Origin: a virus
Lineage: Duplodnaviria; Caudoviricetes
IMG/VR virus record: IMGVR_UViG_3300004088_000006
Coordinates: 1-31,305 of that record
Length of the DNA stretch: 31,305 bases
Reading direction: 5' to 3' (one strand)
Position numbers and translations under genes: made by a program
Part shown: positions 1 through 8,657 of the stretch, piece by piece
Layout of the letters: each line of letters begins with the position of its first letter
Position numbering within the stretch: position 1 is the first letter of the stretch
Notes under the pieces: generated by a model
Database searches by the model: none
Told to the model about the DNA's origin: nothing
Seen by the model: only the letters and a program-made list of their open reading frames with translations

Positions 1-3
1 CCC

Positions 4-247
4 AAGTATGGTCAGGTATGGTCAGTGAGAAATGTGCAACCCATTGTCGGCGTTGCACAAAACTTCGCTGACCATACTTACCGCACCTGCCCAGCGCCAA
101 TCCCAAACCGTAAGGATGGGGCGGTTTGCAGCAACCTTGATTTTACTATGTCAAGTGTGGCAAGTATGGCAACCCGTTGTTTTGATTGGCAAAAGACTGG
201 CCATACCTACCTCTTTCTTCTTTCAAAAGTATGGTAAGTATGGTCAG
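4..247. repeat. Iteron-like cluster of GTATGG-core repeats in both orientations (candidate origin or protein-binding array)
   Basis: GTATGGTCAG tandem at 6-15/16-25; CAAGTGTGG/CAAGTATGG at 152-169; AAGTATGGT twice at 227-244. Inverted copies at 68-82 (exact reverse complement of 233-247) and 197-211. Confidence 0.75.
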
Positions 248-258
248 AGAAAGGAAGC

Positions 259-287
259 TGGTCTTGCCCGCGCTGTTGGGCTAGGCT
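259..287 (+). promoter_or_regulatory. Putative sigma70-type promoter for the helicase gene
   Basis: TGGTCT-17 nt-TAGGCT, same geometry as the other promoters in the window; AAGGAG RBS before ATG 309. Confidence 0.5.
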
Positions 288-308
288 GGTATCAGAAAAG
301 GAGAAACC

Positions 309-1784
309 ATGTTAGATCTACTCAAGAACTATGTTCACCAAGTGGAGCCGTTCCAGCATCAGCAGGACCATCTCTACAAGAACGTCGCACGCAAGGCATG
401 GGGTCTGCTCTGGGAGCAGGGAACTGCCAAGACCAAGCCGATCATCGACACGGCTGCGATCCAATACACTCTCGGAAACATCAACGGTCTACTTGTCGTC
501 GCTCCTCCAGGAGTTGAGCGCAACTGGAACACCGACGAGATACCGAAGCATATGCCACCAGATGTCGCGCTCGACACGCTCGTGCAAGTGTTCAAGACCG
601 CTAAGAAAGGCACGGCTGCGCACAAGCGTGCGATGGAAAGTCTGTTCACCCACGACGGTCTGTCTGTGCTGCTGATCAGCTACAACGCCTTCATGACCAA
701 AGAAGGCAAGGAACTCTGCAAGAAGTTCCTAACCAAGCGCGAAGTCCTCATGGTGCTGGACGAGGCACACAACATCAAGACACCGAACGCCAAGCGCACG
801 AAGACAATCGTTGCCGCTGGCAAGTATGCGAAAATGCGCCGCATCCTCACTGGCACGCCGATCTCCGTCGGCCCGTTCGACCTCTACAGCCAAATCCGGT
901 TCTTGGACGAGTGGTTCTGGAAGAACAAGGGTATCCACGGAACGGTCGAGTTTCGGAACTTCTTTGGGCGCTGGTTCACCCGCTCCGATTGCCAACGTCT
1001 GCACGGCTATGATCCCGGCTACGACAAGCTGATCGAGTATCAGAACCTCGACAAGTTGGCCGAGTGGCTCAACGAGATCAGTGATCGTGTTGTCAAAGAC
1101 GAAGTGCTCGATCTGCCTCCGAAGCTCTACCAGAAACGCTACTTCGAAGCTTCACGTGAAATGCGTGCGGCCTACGAAGAACTCAAGGAAGAGCTGATGA
1201 TCGAGATCGGCGACTCCATGATCACAGCCGAGCTTCCAATCGTGATGCTTCTCCGGTTGCAACAGATCGCGTGCAACTATGTTCCTGTCGGTGAAGACGA
1301 GCCTGTTCACATGTTCTCGGAGAAGAACCCAAGGCTGGCCGTGCTCGAGCAGATCGACGAGGAGACCCATAGTCAGGGCATCATTTGGGCAAGGTTCCGC
1401 CACGACATCGACCAGATCATGGACCTGCTCGGCAACAAAGCCTGTCGTTATGATGGCTCCATCGACGATGACACAGCAGAGCAGAACAAGCTCGCTTTCC
1501 AGCGTGGCGAATACAAGTGGTTCGTCGGCAATGCCCAGAAGGGTGGATCTGGTCTTACGCTCACGCAAGCGAAGACCGTTGTCTACTACAGCAACAGTTT
1601 CCGCCTGATTGACCGCCTCCAGTCCGAGGACCGGGCGCACCGGGGCGGTATGGACGAGCACCCTGTCAACTACATCGATATCATGAGCGACTTCGATATC
1701 GACAATCACATCGTGACCAACCTGAGAAACAAGAAGGAAGTGTCCACTGAAATCCTCGGCGATGCTATGAAGGAGTGGATATGA
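309..1784 (+). CDS. SNF2-like (SF2) DNA helicase/ATPase
   Basis: Motif I-like EQGTAKT, LDEAH, LTGTP, LLRLQQI, GLTLTQA and QSEDRAHRGG motif VI. Confidence 0.9.
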   Translation: MLDLLKNYVHQVEPFQHQQDHLYKNVARKAWGLLWEQGTAKTKPIIDTAAIQYTLGNINGLLVVAPPGVERNWNTDEIPKHMPPDVALDTLVQVFKTAKKGTAAHKRAMESLFTHDGLSVLLISYNAFMTKEGKELCKKFLTKREVLMVLDEAHNIKTPNAKRTKTIVAAGKYAKMRRILTGTPISVGPFDLYSQIRFLDEWFWKNKGIHGTVEFRNFFGRWFTRSDCQRLHGYDPGYDKLIEYQNLDKLAEWLNEISDRVVKDEVLDLPPKLYQKRYFEASREMRAAYEELKEELMIEIGDSMITAELPIVMLLRLQQIACNYVPVGEDEPVHMFSEKNPRLAVLEQIDEETHSQGIIWARFRHDIDQIMDLLGNKACRYDGSIDDDTAEQNKLAFQRGEYKWFVGNAQKGGSGLTLTQAKTVVYYSNSFRLIDRLQSEDRAHRGGMDEHPVNYIDIMSDFDIDNHIVTNLRNKKEVSTEILGDAMKEWI

Positions 1785-2119
1785 CCGTCTATGCAGTTCA
1801 GCAGCAAATGAGATTTGACCAGATCAAGAAAGAACTGGTCCCTCGTTTCACCAGTATCAACAAGGCTGAGCGTTGGGGAGAGATAACATACCTGCTCTCC
1901 CCGAGCGCACACCCGTTCAATCCCGAGCTTGTCTTGGGCGACCTGCACGAGAAGCTTTCAAGTTTCAGCGACGACGATCATCTTCTTCTGATCGGCAATC
2001 CCGGCCTCATCGGCATGGCGACGAGCATCGCTGCTTACTATAACGAAGGCCATGTTCGTCTTCTTCAATGGAGCGGTCGCCACAACGAGTATACCGAGAT
2101 TGCTGCCAAGATCTATTAG
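1781..2119 (+). CDS. Hypothetical phage protein
   Basis: ATGA overlap with the helicase stop; AGGAG RBS at 1771-1775. Confidence 0.8.
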   Translation: MTVYAVQQQMRFDQIKKELVPRFTSINKAERWGEITYLLSPSAHPFNPELVLGDLHEKLSSFSDDDHLLLIGNPGLIGMATSIAAYYNEGHVRLLQWSGRHNEYTEIAAKIY

Positions 2120-2159
2120 ACAAATACCGCTTGTCTTTTAGCTCGGCCTTGGCTAATGT
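2118..2159 (+). promoter_or_regulatory. Promoter with palindromic operator-like site over the -35 box
   Basis: AGACAA-N7-TTGTCT (2118-2136); TTGTCT-17-TAATGT. Confidence 0.7.
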
Positions 2160-2203
2160 GGTCAGGCTGGTAGGGTGATCCTGCCAGAGCCTGGAGGTTG
2201 CAT

Positions 2204-2758
2204 ATGACAGATAATTACGCAGCATTTCGCAGCGAACCCGGCGACAACTTCAAGACAGTGTTGCGGGCGCTGGCGGACGAATATCTGGAGGCAGAGGCCG
2301 AGGTCGCCCAGAAAGAAGCAGAGCTCGAGCTCGCGAAGGCCAAACGCAAGGACATCGCTGAAATTCGCATTCCGCAGGTCACAGAAGGCATGGACGGCAA
2401 GTTCGACCTCGGAGACGGACGCGAGCTGATCCTCAAGGAAGAGATCCGCAGCAGCATCGCTGGCGACAAGCGCGAGCCTGCTATTGCTTGGCTCGATGAG
2501 CACGACTATGGTCACATCGTCAAGCGGCAGGTGATCGTCGAGTTCGCCAAGGGTGACACAGAACGCTGTGATGCTTTCATGAAAGCCGTCAAGGGGCTTG
2601 AGGCACAACTCGGCACGCTTGTCGTGAAGACCAACTTCAACGTTCACCACGCCACCCTGAACTCGTGGGTGAAAGAACAACTCGGCGAAGGCGTGGACCT
2701 GCCTGTCGATATCTTTGGCATTTTCCGTCAGCGGACGGCGAAGGTCAATGAACTGTAA
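2204..2758 (+). CDS. Hypothetical replication-module protein with N-terminal coiled coil
   Basis: GGAGG RBS; long ORF with phage-like codon usage; lies between the helicase and SSB-like genes. Confidence 0.8.
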   Translation: MTDNYAAFRSEPGDNFKTVLRALADEYLEAEAEVAQKEAELELAKAKRKDIAEIRIPQVTEGMDGKFDLGDGRELILKEEIRSSIAGDKREPAIAWLDEHDYGHIVKRQVIVEFAKGDTERCDAFMKAVKGLEAQLGTLVVKTNFNVHHATLNSWVKEQLGEGVDLPVDIFGIFRQRTAKVNEL

Positions 2759-2826
2759 TCCCGTTCTCCTGGGATAGTGGAGAAGCTGACCGCTGGTCGA
2801 TCAACTGAAGCCGAAAGGAGCCTGTC

Positions 2827-3699
2827 ATGGCTGGCAAAGAAGTAGCAGAAGTGAAGAACACCCAAGTCGCATCCGGTGGGTTCGACTATGGTGATTACGC
2901 CCACGCAGGGTTCGAGGGGACGACGATCAACGACCTCTCAATCCCGTTCATCAACGTGTTGCAGTCGAACTCGCCCGAGGTCGAGGACGAGCTGATCCCC
3001 GGCTGCAAACCCGGCGATCTGGTGAACTCCGTCACCAAAGAAATCTTGAAGCAGCCCGTGGTGATCATCCCGGTCTACAAGGAAGCTGCGGTCGTCGAGT
3101 GGGTGCCTCGCACCAAAGGCGGCGGTCTGGTCGATCGTCATGGGCTGGACAGCGAGGTTTTCCTGAACGCCATCAAGGCGAATGGTGGTTCGCGTATTCC
3201 TCCGAAGGACGCCGACGGGAAGCGCATTCCGTTCAAGTCTGCCGCTGGCAACGATCTGGTCGAGACCTACTACGTCTACTGCCTGATCATGAACGCGGAA
3301 GGCACCGAGACCGAGGGCTACTGCGTGCTCTCCTTCAGCTCGACGAAGATCAAGGTCCACAAGGACTGGATGACGGCGATGTATACCCAGAAGGGTCGCC
3401 CGCCGATCTTCGCGAACCGCTGCAAGGTCTCGACCACCAAGCAGAAGAAAGAGTCTGGCACGTTCTACAACTACAACATCGGACCGTTCGCAGACTCGTG
3501 GCGTGAGTCGCTGATCAACCCTGGCACCGAGGAAGGCATGGCTCTCCTCAAGGAGGCCAAGGAGTTCGGCGACATGATCGATCAGGGTCTGGCCCATGCT
3601 GACTTCGACTCCATCGCCAAGACCGGCGGTGATGACGAAGCTGGCTCGGCTCAGCGTGGTGGCAGCAAGGCGAACGACGACGACGAGATGCCGTTCTGA
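2827..3699 (+). CDS. Putative single-stranded DNA-binding protein
   Basis: Gly-rich linker and acidic C-terminal tail DDDEMPF, as in SSB tails; AAGGAG RBS; replication context. Confidence 0.65.
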   Translation: MAGKEVAEVKNTQVASGGFDYGDYAHAGFEGTTINDLSIPFINVLQSNSPEVEDELIPGCKPGDLVNSVTKEILKQPVVIIPVYKEAAVVEWVPRTKGGGLVDRHGLDSEVFLNAIKANGGSRIPPKDADGKRIPFKSAAGNDLVETYYVYCLIMNAEGTETEGYCVLSFSSTKIKVHKDWMTAMYTQKGRPPIFANRCKVSTTKQKKESGTFYNYNIGPFADSWRESLINPGTEEGMALLKEAKEFGDMIDQGLAHADFDSIAKTGGDDEAGSAQRGGSKANDDDEMPF

Positions 3700-3715
3700 T
3701 CCAGGCGGAACGGTA

Positions 3716-3777
3716 GAAGCTGGCGGGTAGTAACCGACCCAACCGTGGTTCAAATCCATGGACAGCCCGCCAGCTTC
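3716..3777 (+). other. Structured intergenic element containing a tRNA-like T-arm
   Basis: 12-bp inverted repeat GAAGCTGGCGGG/CCCGCCAGCTTC encloses CCGTGG-TTCAAAT-CCATGG and a small GGGT-N8-ACCC hairpin. Confidence 0.55.
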
Positions 3778-3798
3778 ACCATAATCTCGGAGGCGTTC

Positions 3799-5049
3799 AT
3801 GAAATTTAGTCCACAGCAGGATGCCGCTCTCAAAGCAGTTGACCAATGGTATCGCAACGGCGATAAACAGGTGTTCCATCTCTTTGGGTATGCTGGCACC
3901 GGAAAGACCACACTGGCGAAGTATCTCGCCGAAGGCATCGGAGACGATGTCCTGTTCGCTGCCTACACTGGCAAGGCTGCGCACGTTCTGCAGACCAAGG
4001 GGTGTCACAACGCCTCTACGATACACTCCCTGATATATCGCAGCCGCGACAAGAGCAAAGCACGTCTGGAAGAACTCCAGACTGAACTGGCAGAACTCCT
4101 TGTTTCGCTCCAAGGTATGGAGCAGGAGTATATCGACAATCACCCGAGAGTGCGTGCTCTGCAACGCGACATCGCTGACGAAGCCAAGAACGCCAATCAG
4201 CCGATGTTCATTCTGAACACTGAGAGCGAGGTTCGTGAAGCGCTTCTCATTGTCATCGATGAATGCTCTATGGTTGACGCTACGATGGGACAAGATCTGC
4301 TGAGTTTCGGCACTCCTGTCCTCGTCTTGGGCGATCCTGCTCAGCTCCCTCCAGTTGGTGCTGCTGGGTATTTCACAGAGAACGTCACGCCCGACATCAT
4401 GTTGGACGAGATCCATCGTCAAGCCCAAGAAAGTCCGATCCTGCGTATGGCGACAGACGTCAGGCTCGGTAACAGACTTCAGGTTGGCGATTGGGGTGAA
4501 GGCTGTGCCGTTCATCCCTATGGGACCAAGCTATCCCAAGAGGAAGTCCTGTCCTACGATCAGCTTCTCGTTGGTAAGAACAAGACACGCTCTGCTATGA
4601 ACAAGCGTGTCCGTCAGTTTCTTGGTTACGATGGAGAGTATCCGGTAGTCGGGGACCGTTTGGTTTGCCTACGCAACAATTCTGAGCTAGGCTTATTGAA
4701 CGGTGCCATCTTCAATGCTACCGGGGTCGATGGAGTCATGGACGGCAAAGTCCACATGACCGTTCGGTCTCAAGACAACCCCAACGCTGGGGACGTCGAA
4801 GTCGCTGCCTTGGAACAACACTTCCTGGGCCGGGGCAAAGAACTGGACACCCAATACTGGCTCCGGTCTGAGGGTCAAGAGTTCGATTATGGATATGCAC
4901 TCACAGTTCACAAATCGCAGGGTTCCCAGTGGGACAGCGTTGCGGTATTTGATGAAAGCTGGGGTCCAAAGAAAGAGCGGCGACGCTGGCTCTATACTGC
5001 GATAACCCGTGCGGCGAAGCGAGTCACCGTCGTAGATATGCACAACTGA
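3799..5049 (+). CDS. RecD/Dda-like SF1B DNA helicase
   Basis: GYAGTGKT, IDECSMV, GDPAQLPPV, HRQ, YALTVHKSQGSQW, LYTAITRA; GGAGG RBS before ATG 3799. Confidence 0.92.
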   Translation: MKFSPQQDAALKAVDQWYRNGDKQVFHLFGYAGTGKTTLAKYLAEGIGDDVLFAAYTGKAAHVLQTKGCHNASTIHSLIYRSRDKSKARLEELQTELAELLVSLQGMEQEYIDNHPRVRALQRDIADEAKNANQPMFILNTESEVREALLIVIDECSMVDATMGQDLLSFGTPVLVLGDPAQLPPVGAAGYFTENVTPDIMLDEIHRQAQESPILRMATDVRLGNRLQVGDWGEGCAVHPYGTKLSQEEVLSYDQLLVGKNKTRSAMNKRVRQFLGYDGEYPVVGDRLVCLRNNSELGLLNGAIFNATGVDGVMDGKVHMTVRSQDNPNAGDVEVAALEQHFLGRGKELDTQYWLRSEGQEFDYGYALTVHKSQGSQWDSVAVFDESWGPKKERRRWLYTAITRAAKRVTVVDMHN

Positions 5050-5060
5050 AAAGAACACTC

Positions 5061-6908
5061 ATGAAACAGGAGACGAGACGTATGTATGGTCCAACAAATC
5101 CGGACTGTGATCTCGTCCATGCAGAGAAGTATCGCGGAGAGAATGAAACATTCCGCGAAGCGGCGAATCGCTGGTCAGGCTTCTTGCAGGACGATCACGA
5201 GCACTATATGGCATTCCGCGAGATCAGTATCGATCAGCGGTTCATGCCGCCCGGTCGGGTGCAGGCAGGCGCTGGTTCGCTGAAGAACGTTACCCTCTAC
5301 AACTGCTTCGTCATGCCGACGATTCACGACAGCTTCACCGACGGACCGAGCGCCGAAGAACTCGCGATGCTCAAGCCCGGTCAGCACGCCTCACTCTCCA
5401 TCATGGACACGGCCAAGAACGCGGCCATCACCATGCGACAGGGTGGCGGCGTGGGCTACGACATCAGCACCCTGCGGCCCGCTGGAGACCTTATCCTGGG
5501 CGTGCAGAGCACCACAGACGGCCCTCTTGCCTTCGCCCCTATATATGATGCTGTATGCCGGGCGACGTCCTCTGCGGGCAACAGGCGCGGCGCACAAATG
5601 CTCGTCATGCGGATCGACCATCCGGACATCGAGGCATTCATTCGTGCCAAGCAGGTCGCAGACGACAGCATTCCGTGGGACATGCGTCCGCTCCGTGGCT
5701 TCAACATGTCGATCGCCGTGACCGACAAATTCATGGAGTGTCTCGCCTCCGGAAAGCCGTTCCCGCTCCAGTTTGGCGGACGCGTGTATCGCGAGGTCGA
5801 TCCCCATGCTCTGTGGGACATGGTCATGCGCGGAACCTACGACTGGGCAGAGCCGGGTGTTCTGTTCATCGACCAGATCAATCGCATGAACAACCTCTAC
5901 TACTGCGAGACGATCGCGGCCACCAATCCATGTGGCGAGCAGCCTCTCCCTCCATATGGAGCCTGTCTCTTGGGCAGCTTCAACTGGGTGAAGTATCTCC
6001 GCAAGGATGCAGACGGCAAATACTGGTTCGACTACGACCAGCTTGAGGCCGACATTCCCCACGTCGTTCGTGCCATGGACAATGTGGTCGATCGGAGCCG
6101 CTACCCTCTGCCGCAGCAGAAGTTGGAAGCCCAACGGAAGCGACGCATGGGTCTCGGTCACACTGGCGTCGCCAACGCTTTGGAAGCAATGGGTCTGCCC
6201 TATGGCAGTCCGGAATTCCTGGCGAAGGAAGACGAGATCATGTGCTTCATCACAAACAAGTGCTATCAGGCGTCGGCCAAGCTGGCGGCTGAAAAGGGCA
6301 GTTTCCCGCTCTACGATGAAGAACGCTACATGGCGAGCGAGTTCATCAACGGTCTGTGGGACGAGACGAAAGAAATGATCCGGAAGTATGGTATCCGGAA
6401 CAGCCACCTGACCTCGATCGCACCGACTGGCACCATCTCGTTCACTGCTGACAACGTGTCGTCTGGTATCGAGCCTGTGCTTGACTACGAACAGTCACGC
6501 CGCGTCATCGTGCCGGGTGGTCATCGTATCGTCACAGTGAAGGACTACGGTGTCGCCTTCTTGGGCGTTCATGGCAAGACTGTCGTCTCCAACGAGATCA
6601 CTGCTGCCGAACACATCGGTGTCCTCTGCACAGCCCAAATGCACATCGACTCTGCCTGCTCGAAAACGGTGAACGTGCCCAGCAACTTCTCGTTCGATGA
6701 GTTCAAGAACCTTTATGTCATGGCCTATGAAGGCGGTGCCAAGGGTTGCACTACTTATCGTCCGGCTGGGAAATACGACGAACCAATCCAGTCGGCAAAG
6801 AAAGAAGTGAAGGCTGATCGGGACGAAATGGCAAACCTGGAAGACGGTGATGCTTGTGGCTGGGATCCCGAAACTGGTCAGCGGACCGGGGCTTGCGCTA
6901 ACGATTAA
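5061..6908 (+). CDS. nrdJ: Class II (adenosylcobalamin-dependent) ribonucleotide reductase
   Basis: NCF, GGGVG, RRGA, EPG, TNPCGEQ, IAPTGTIS, KGCTTYR and a C-terminal Cys pair; no small-subunit gene nearby. Confidence 0.88.
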   Translation: MKQETRRMYGPTNPDCDLVHAEKYRGENETFREAANRWSGFLQDDHEHYMAFREISIDQRFMPPGRVQAGAGSLKNVTLYNCFVMPTIHDSFTDGPSAEELAMLKPGQHASLSIMDTAKNAAITMRQGGGVGYDISTLRPAGDLILGVQSTTDGPLAFAPIYDAVCRATSSAGNRRGAQMLVMRIDHPDIEAFIRAKQVADDSIPWDMRPLRGFNMSIAVTDKFMECLASGKPFPLQFGGRVYREVDPHALWDMVMRGTYDWAEPGVLFIDQINRMNNLYYCETIAATNPCGEQPLPPYGACLLGSFNWVKYLRKDADGKYWFDYDQLEADIPHVVRAMDNVVDRSRYPLPQQKLEAQRKRRMGLGHTGVANALEAMGLPYGSPEFLAKEDEIMCFITNKCYQASAKLAAEKGSFPLYDEERYMASEFINGLWDETKEMIRKYGIRNSHLTSIAPTGTISFTADNVSSGIEPVLDYEQSRRVIVPGGHRIVTVKDYGVAFLGVHGKTVVSNEITAAEHIGVLCTAQMHIDSACSKTVNVPSNFSFDEFKNLYVMAYEGGAKGCTTYRPAGKYDEPIQSAKKEVKADRDEMANLEDGDACGWDPETGQRTGACAND

Positions 6909-6923
6909 ATAGCTCGCCCTATG

Positions 6924-6983
6924 GACAAATAGTGCTTGCGGCCAGAAGTTCGACGCGGTAATGTTCGAGCACTGGCCGCAAGC
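6924..6983 (+). promoter_or_regulatory. Promoter enclosed in a 12-bp inverted repeat
   Basis: GACAA-N7-TTGCGG-17-TAATGT; inverted repeat GCTTGCGGCCAG (6934-6945)/CTGGCCGCAAGC (6972-6983). Confidence 0.65.
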
Positions 6984-7023
6984 TGCGACCAAGACCATAT
7001 GGTAGAAATGGAGTCACCGAGCC

Positions 7024-7758
7024 ATGAGCAACGAAGCCATCCAGTTCCTGGACAAGTCCTACACCCGCGCTGATCTCGAAGGCATGTCGATCGAAGACCT
7101 GCTGTCGCTGCGGAACCTCATCGCGTCGAACCTCGGCGTGGCGTCGGTCAAGCAGTTCAAGGATCACGCAACTGCCGTCGACCAGACGATGAAGGCGCTG
7201 CAGAAATACGAGTCATCGGCCGCCGACGATGGTGCCGAAGGCGAGAAGCCCGCCAAGAAGGCCAAGGCACCGAAGGAGCCCAAGGAGCGCAAGCTCGCGA
7301 AGCCCGCCGCCGCGCAGCACGTCAAGCGTCCGACCCGCAAGATGTTCGACACGATGAAGATCGTCAAGCCGTTCGACGGCGAGGAAGATCGCGCTCATCG
7401 GTCGGGCAACTACAAGGACGGCATGATGATCATCGACGCCATCCAGGGCGAAGGCACCATCCCGTGGGACATCTACAACTGGGAGAAGCAGGGCTACGTC
7501 CAGGTCGTTCCGGCCACCGACGCTGAGTATGCTGAGCGCCGCGCCGCTTGGTATAAGGAGCAGGGCCGCGACGATCCCGAGACGGCGAAAGCCCGTGCTG
7601 CCGAAGAGCGTGAGGCCAAGAAGACCGAGCGTGCCGCCGAGCGTGAGAAGGCCAAGGCCGAGCGCGAAGCTGCCAAAGCTGCGAAAGCCGAAGCTGCTGC
7701 CAAGGCGAAAGCCGAAAAGGAAGCCGCCAAGGCCGCGAAGGCACAGGCTGCCGAGTAA
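7024..7758 (+). CDS. Hypothetical protein with Ala/Lys/Glu-rich helical tail (possibly DNA-binding)
   Basis: Strong codon bias; C-terminal AKAEREAAKAAKAE-type low complexity; TAATG coupling to the next gene. Confidence 0.8.
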   Translation: MSNEAIQFLDKSYTRADLEGMSIEDLLSLRNLIASNLGVASVKQFKDHATAVDQTMKALQKYESSAADDGAEGEKPAKKAKAPKEPKERKLAKPAAAQHVKRPTRKMFDTMKIVKPFDGEEDRAHRSGNYKDGMMIIDAIQGEGTIPWDIYNWEKQGYVQVVPATDAEYAERRAAWYKEQGRDDPETAKARAAEEREAKKTERAAEREKAKAEREAAKAAKAEAAAKAKAEKEAAKAAKAQAAE

Positions 7759-8657
7759 TGGCCGCAGCGAGCGCCAATGCGTTCTTTGAATATCTCGACG
7801 AACGCGAGAACGTCCGCCTTCGAAAGGAGGCGGGCGATTTCTTTCCGTGGACCGAGGACCAGATCCTGCGGACCTACAAGTTCACCAACGTCCGTCGGCA
7901 GCACGACGCGACAAGCAGGGAGCTTAGACAGCGATTCTACACACCGAACTATGGCGACGATCGTCGCGCAATACTGATGAACTGCGCCACCTACCGATAC
8001 TTCGGGACGTGGGAGTTCGCATCGGCAATCGGGTGGCAGTCGTATGACGACTTCGACTTCGACCACATCGAGGACACCGCAGCGGATCGACTCGCAAACC
8101 GTGAACGTGTGTTCACAGGAGCGTATGTCATCACAAATCAAGGGATCTCTGCTCCGAAACAAGAAGTGGTGGTCCATTACTTTCTCAAGGCTTTGTGGGA
8201 AGCAACGCCGGAGATCGTGAAGCTGGCACAGACAACGCAATCTTGGGAACAGGTTGCCAAGCGCATGATGAAGCTGAATGGCTTCGGAGGCACTGGCTTC
8301 ATGACCAAGGAAGTCTTGCTGGACACGACCTATACCGGCTTCTGGGAGTTCCAGACCCACGACGAGGAGGAAGGCTCGTTCAGCTTCCCGGCTGACTGGC
8401 ACAAGTGGACACCTATCGGTCCCGGTGCTTTGAGAGGCGCGGCCCGTGTGCTCGGAGACGAGCAGGCGAAGCCCGTCAAGAACGAGCAAGCGTTCCAGTG
8501 CATCATGAACCTTGTCAACCTGCAAGACCTGTTCTTCGCACACGACTTCCACCTGTCGCCCACAGATATCCAGTTCGGTCTCTGTGAGTTCGACAAGTAT
8601 GAGCGTGTCCGTCTTGGGCAGGGCAAGCCGAGAAGCAAGTATCATGCTCCTGCCTGA
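7758..8657 (+). CDS. aGPT-Pplase1-like (alpha-glutamyl/putrescinyl-thymine pyrophosphorylase clade 1) DNA base-hypermodification protein
   Basis: PWTEDQILRTYKFTNVRRQHD, GFGGTGFM (HhH-like), GPGALRG and DIQFGLCEFDKY match my recollection of this family; sits in a cluster with a thymidylate synthase homolog. Confidence 0.8.
   Translation: MAAASANAFFEYLDERENVRLRKEAGDFFPWTEDQILRTYKFTNVRRQHDATSRELRQRFYTPNYGDDRRAILMNCATYRYFGTWEFASAIGWQSYDDFDFDHIEDTAADRLANRERVFTGAYVITNQGISAPKQEVVVHYFLKALWEATPEIVKLAQTTQSWEQVAKRMMKLNGFGGTGFMTKEVLLDTTYTGFWEFQTHDEEEGSFSFPADWHKWTPIGPGALRGAARVLGDEQAKPVKNEQAFQCIMNLVNLQDLFFAHDFHLSPTDIQFGLCEFDKYERVRLGQGKPRSKYHAPA

Noticed and set aside
4-247. CRISPR array, or the ORFs at 25-237 and 32-517
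   Set aside because: The repeats are 9-15 bp, irregularly spaced and in both orientations. The ORFs lack an RBS or motifs and overlap the repeat and promoter region.
2764-2784. Rho-independent terminator (TTCTCC/GGAGAA hairpin)
   Set aside because: Short stem, long loop and no U-tract.
3716-3777. Bona fide tRNA gene
   Set aside because: It has a T-arm but no anticodon arm and is too short; kept only as a tRNA-like element.
2938-4515. 525-aa minus-strand ORF, and similar long antisense ORFs at 5391-6407, 7494-8645, 9362-10171, 10270-11283 and 22433-23272
   Set aside because: They lie opposite well-supported + strand genes, have no recognisable motifs, and are expected shadows of GC-biased codon usage.
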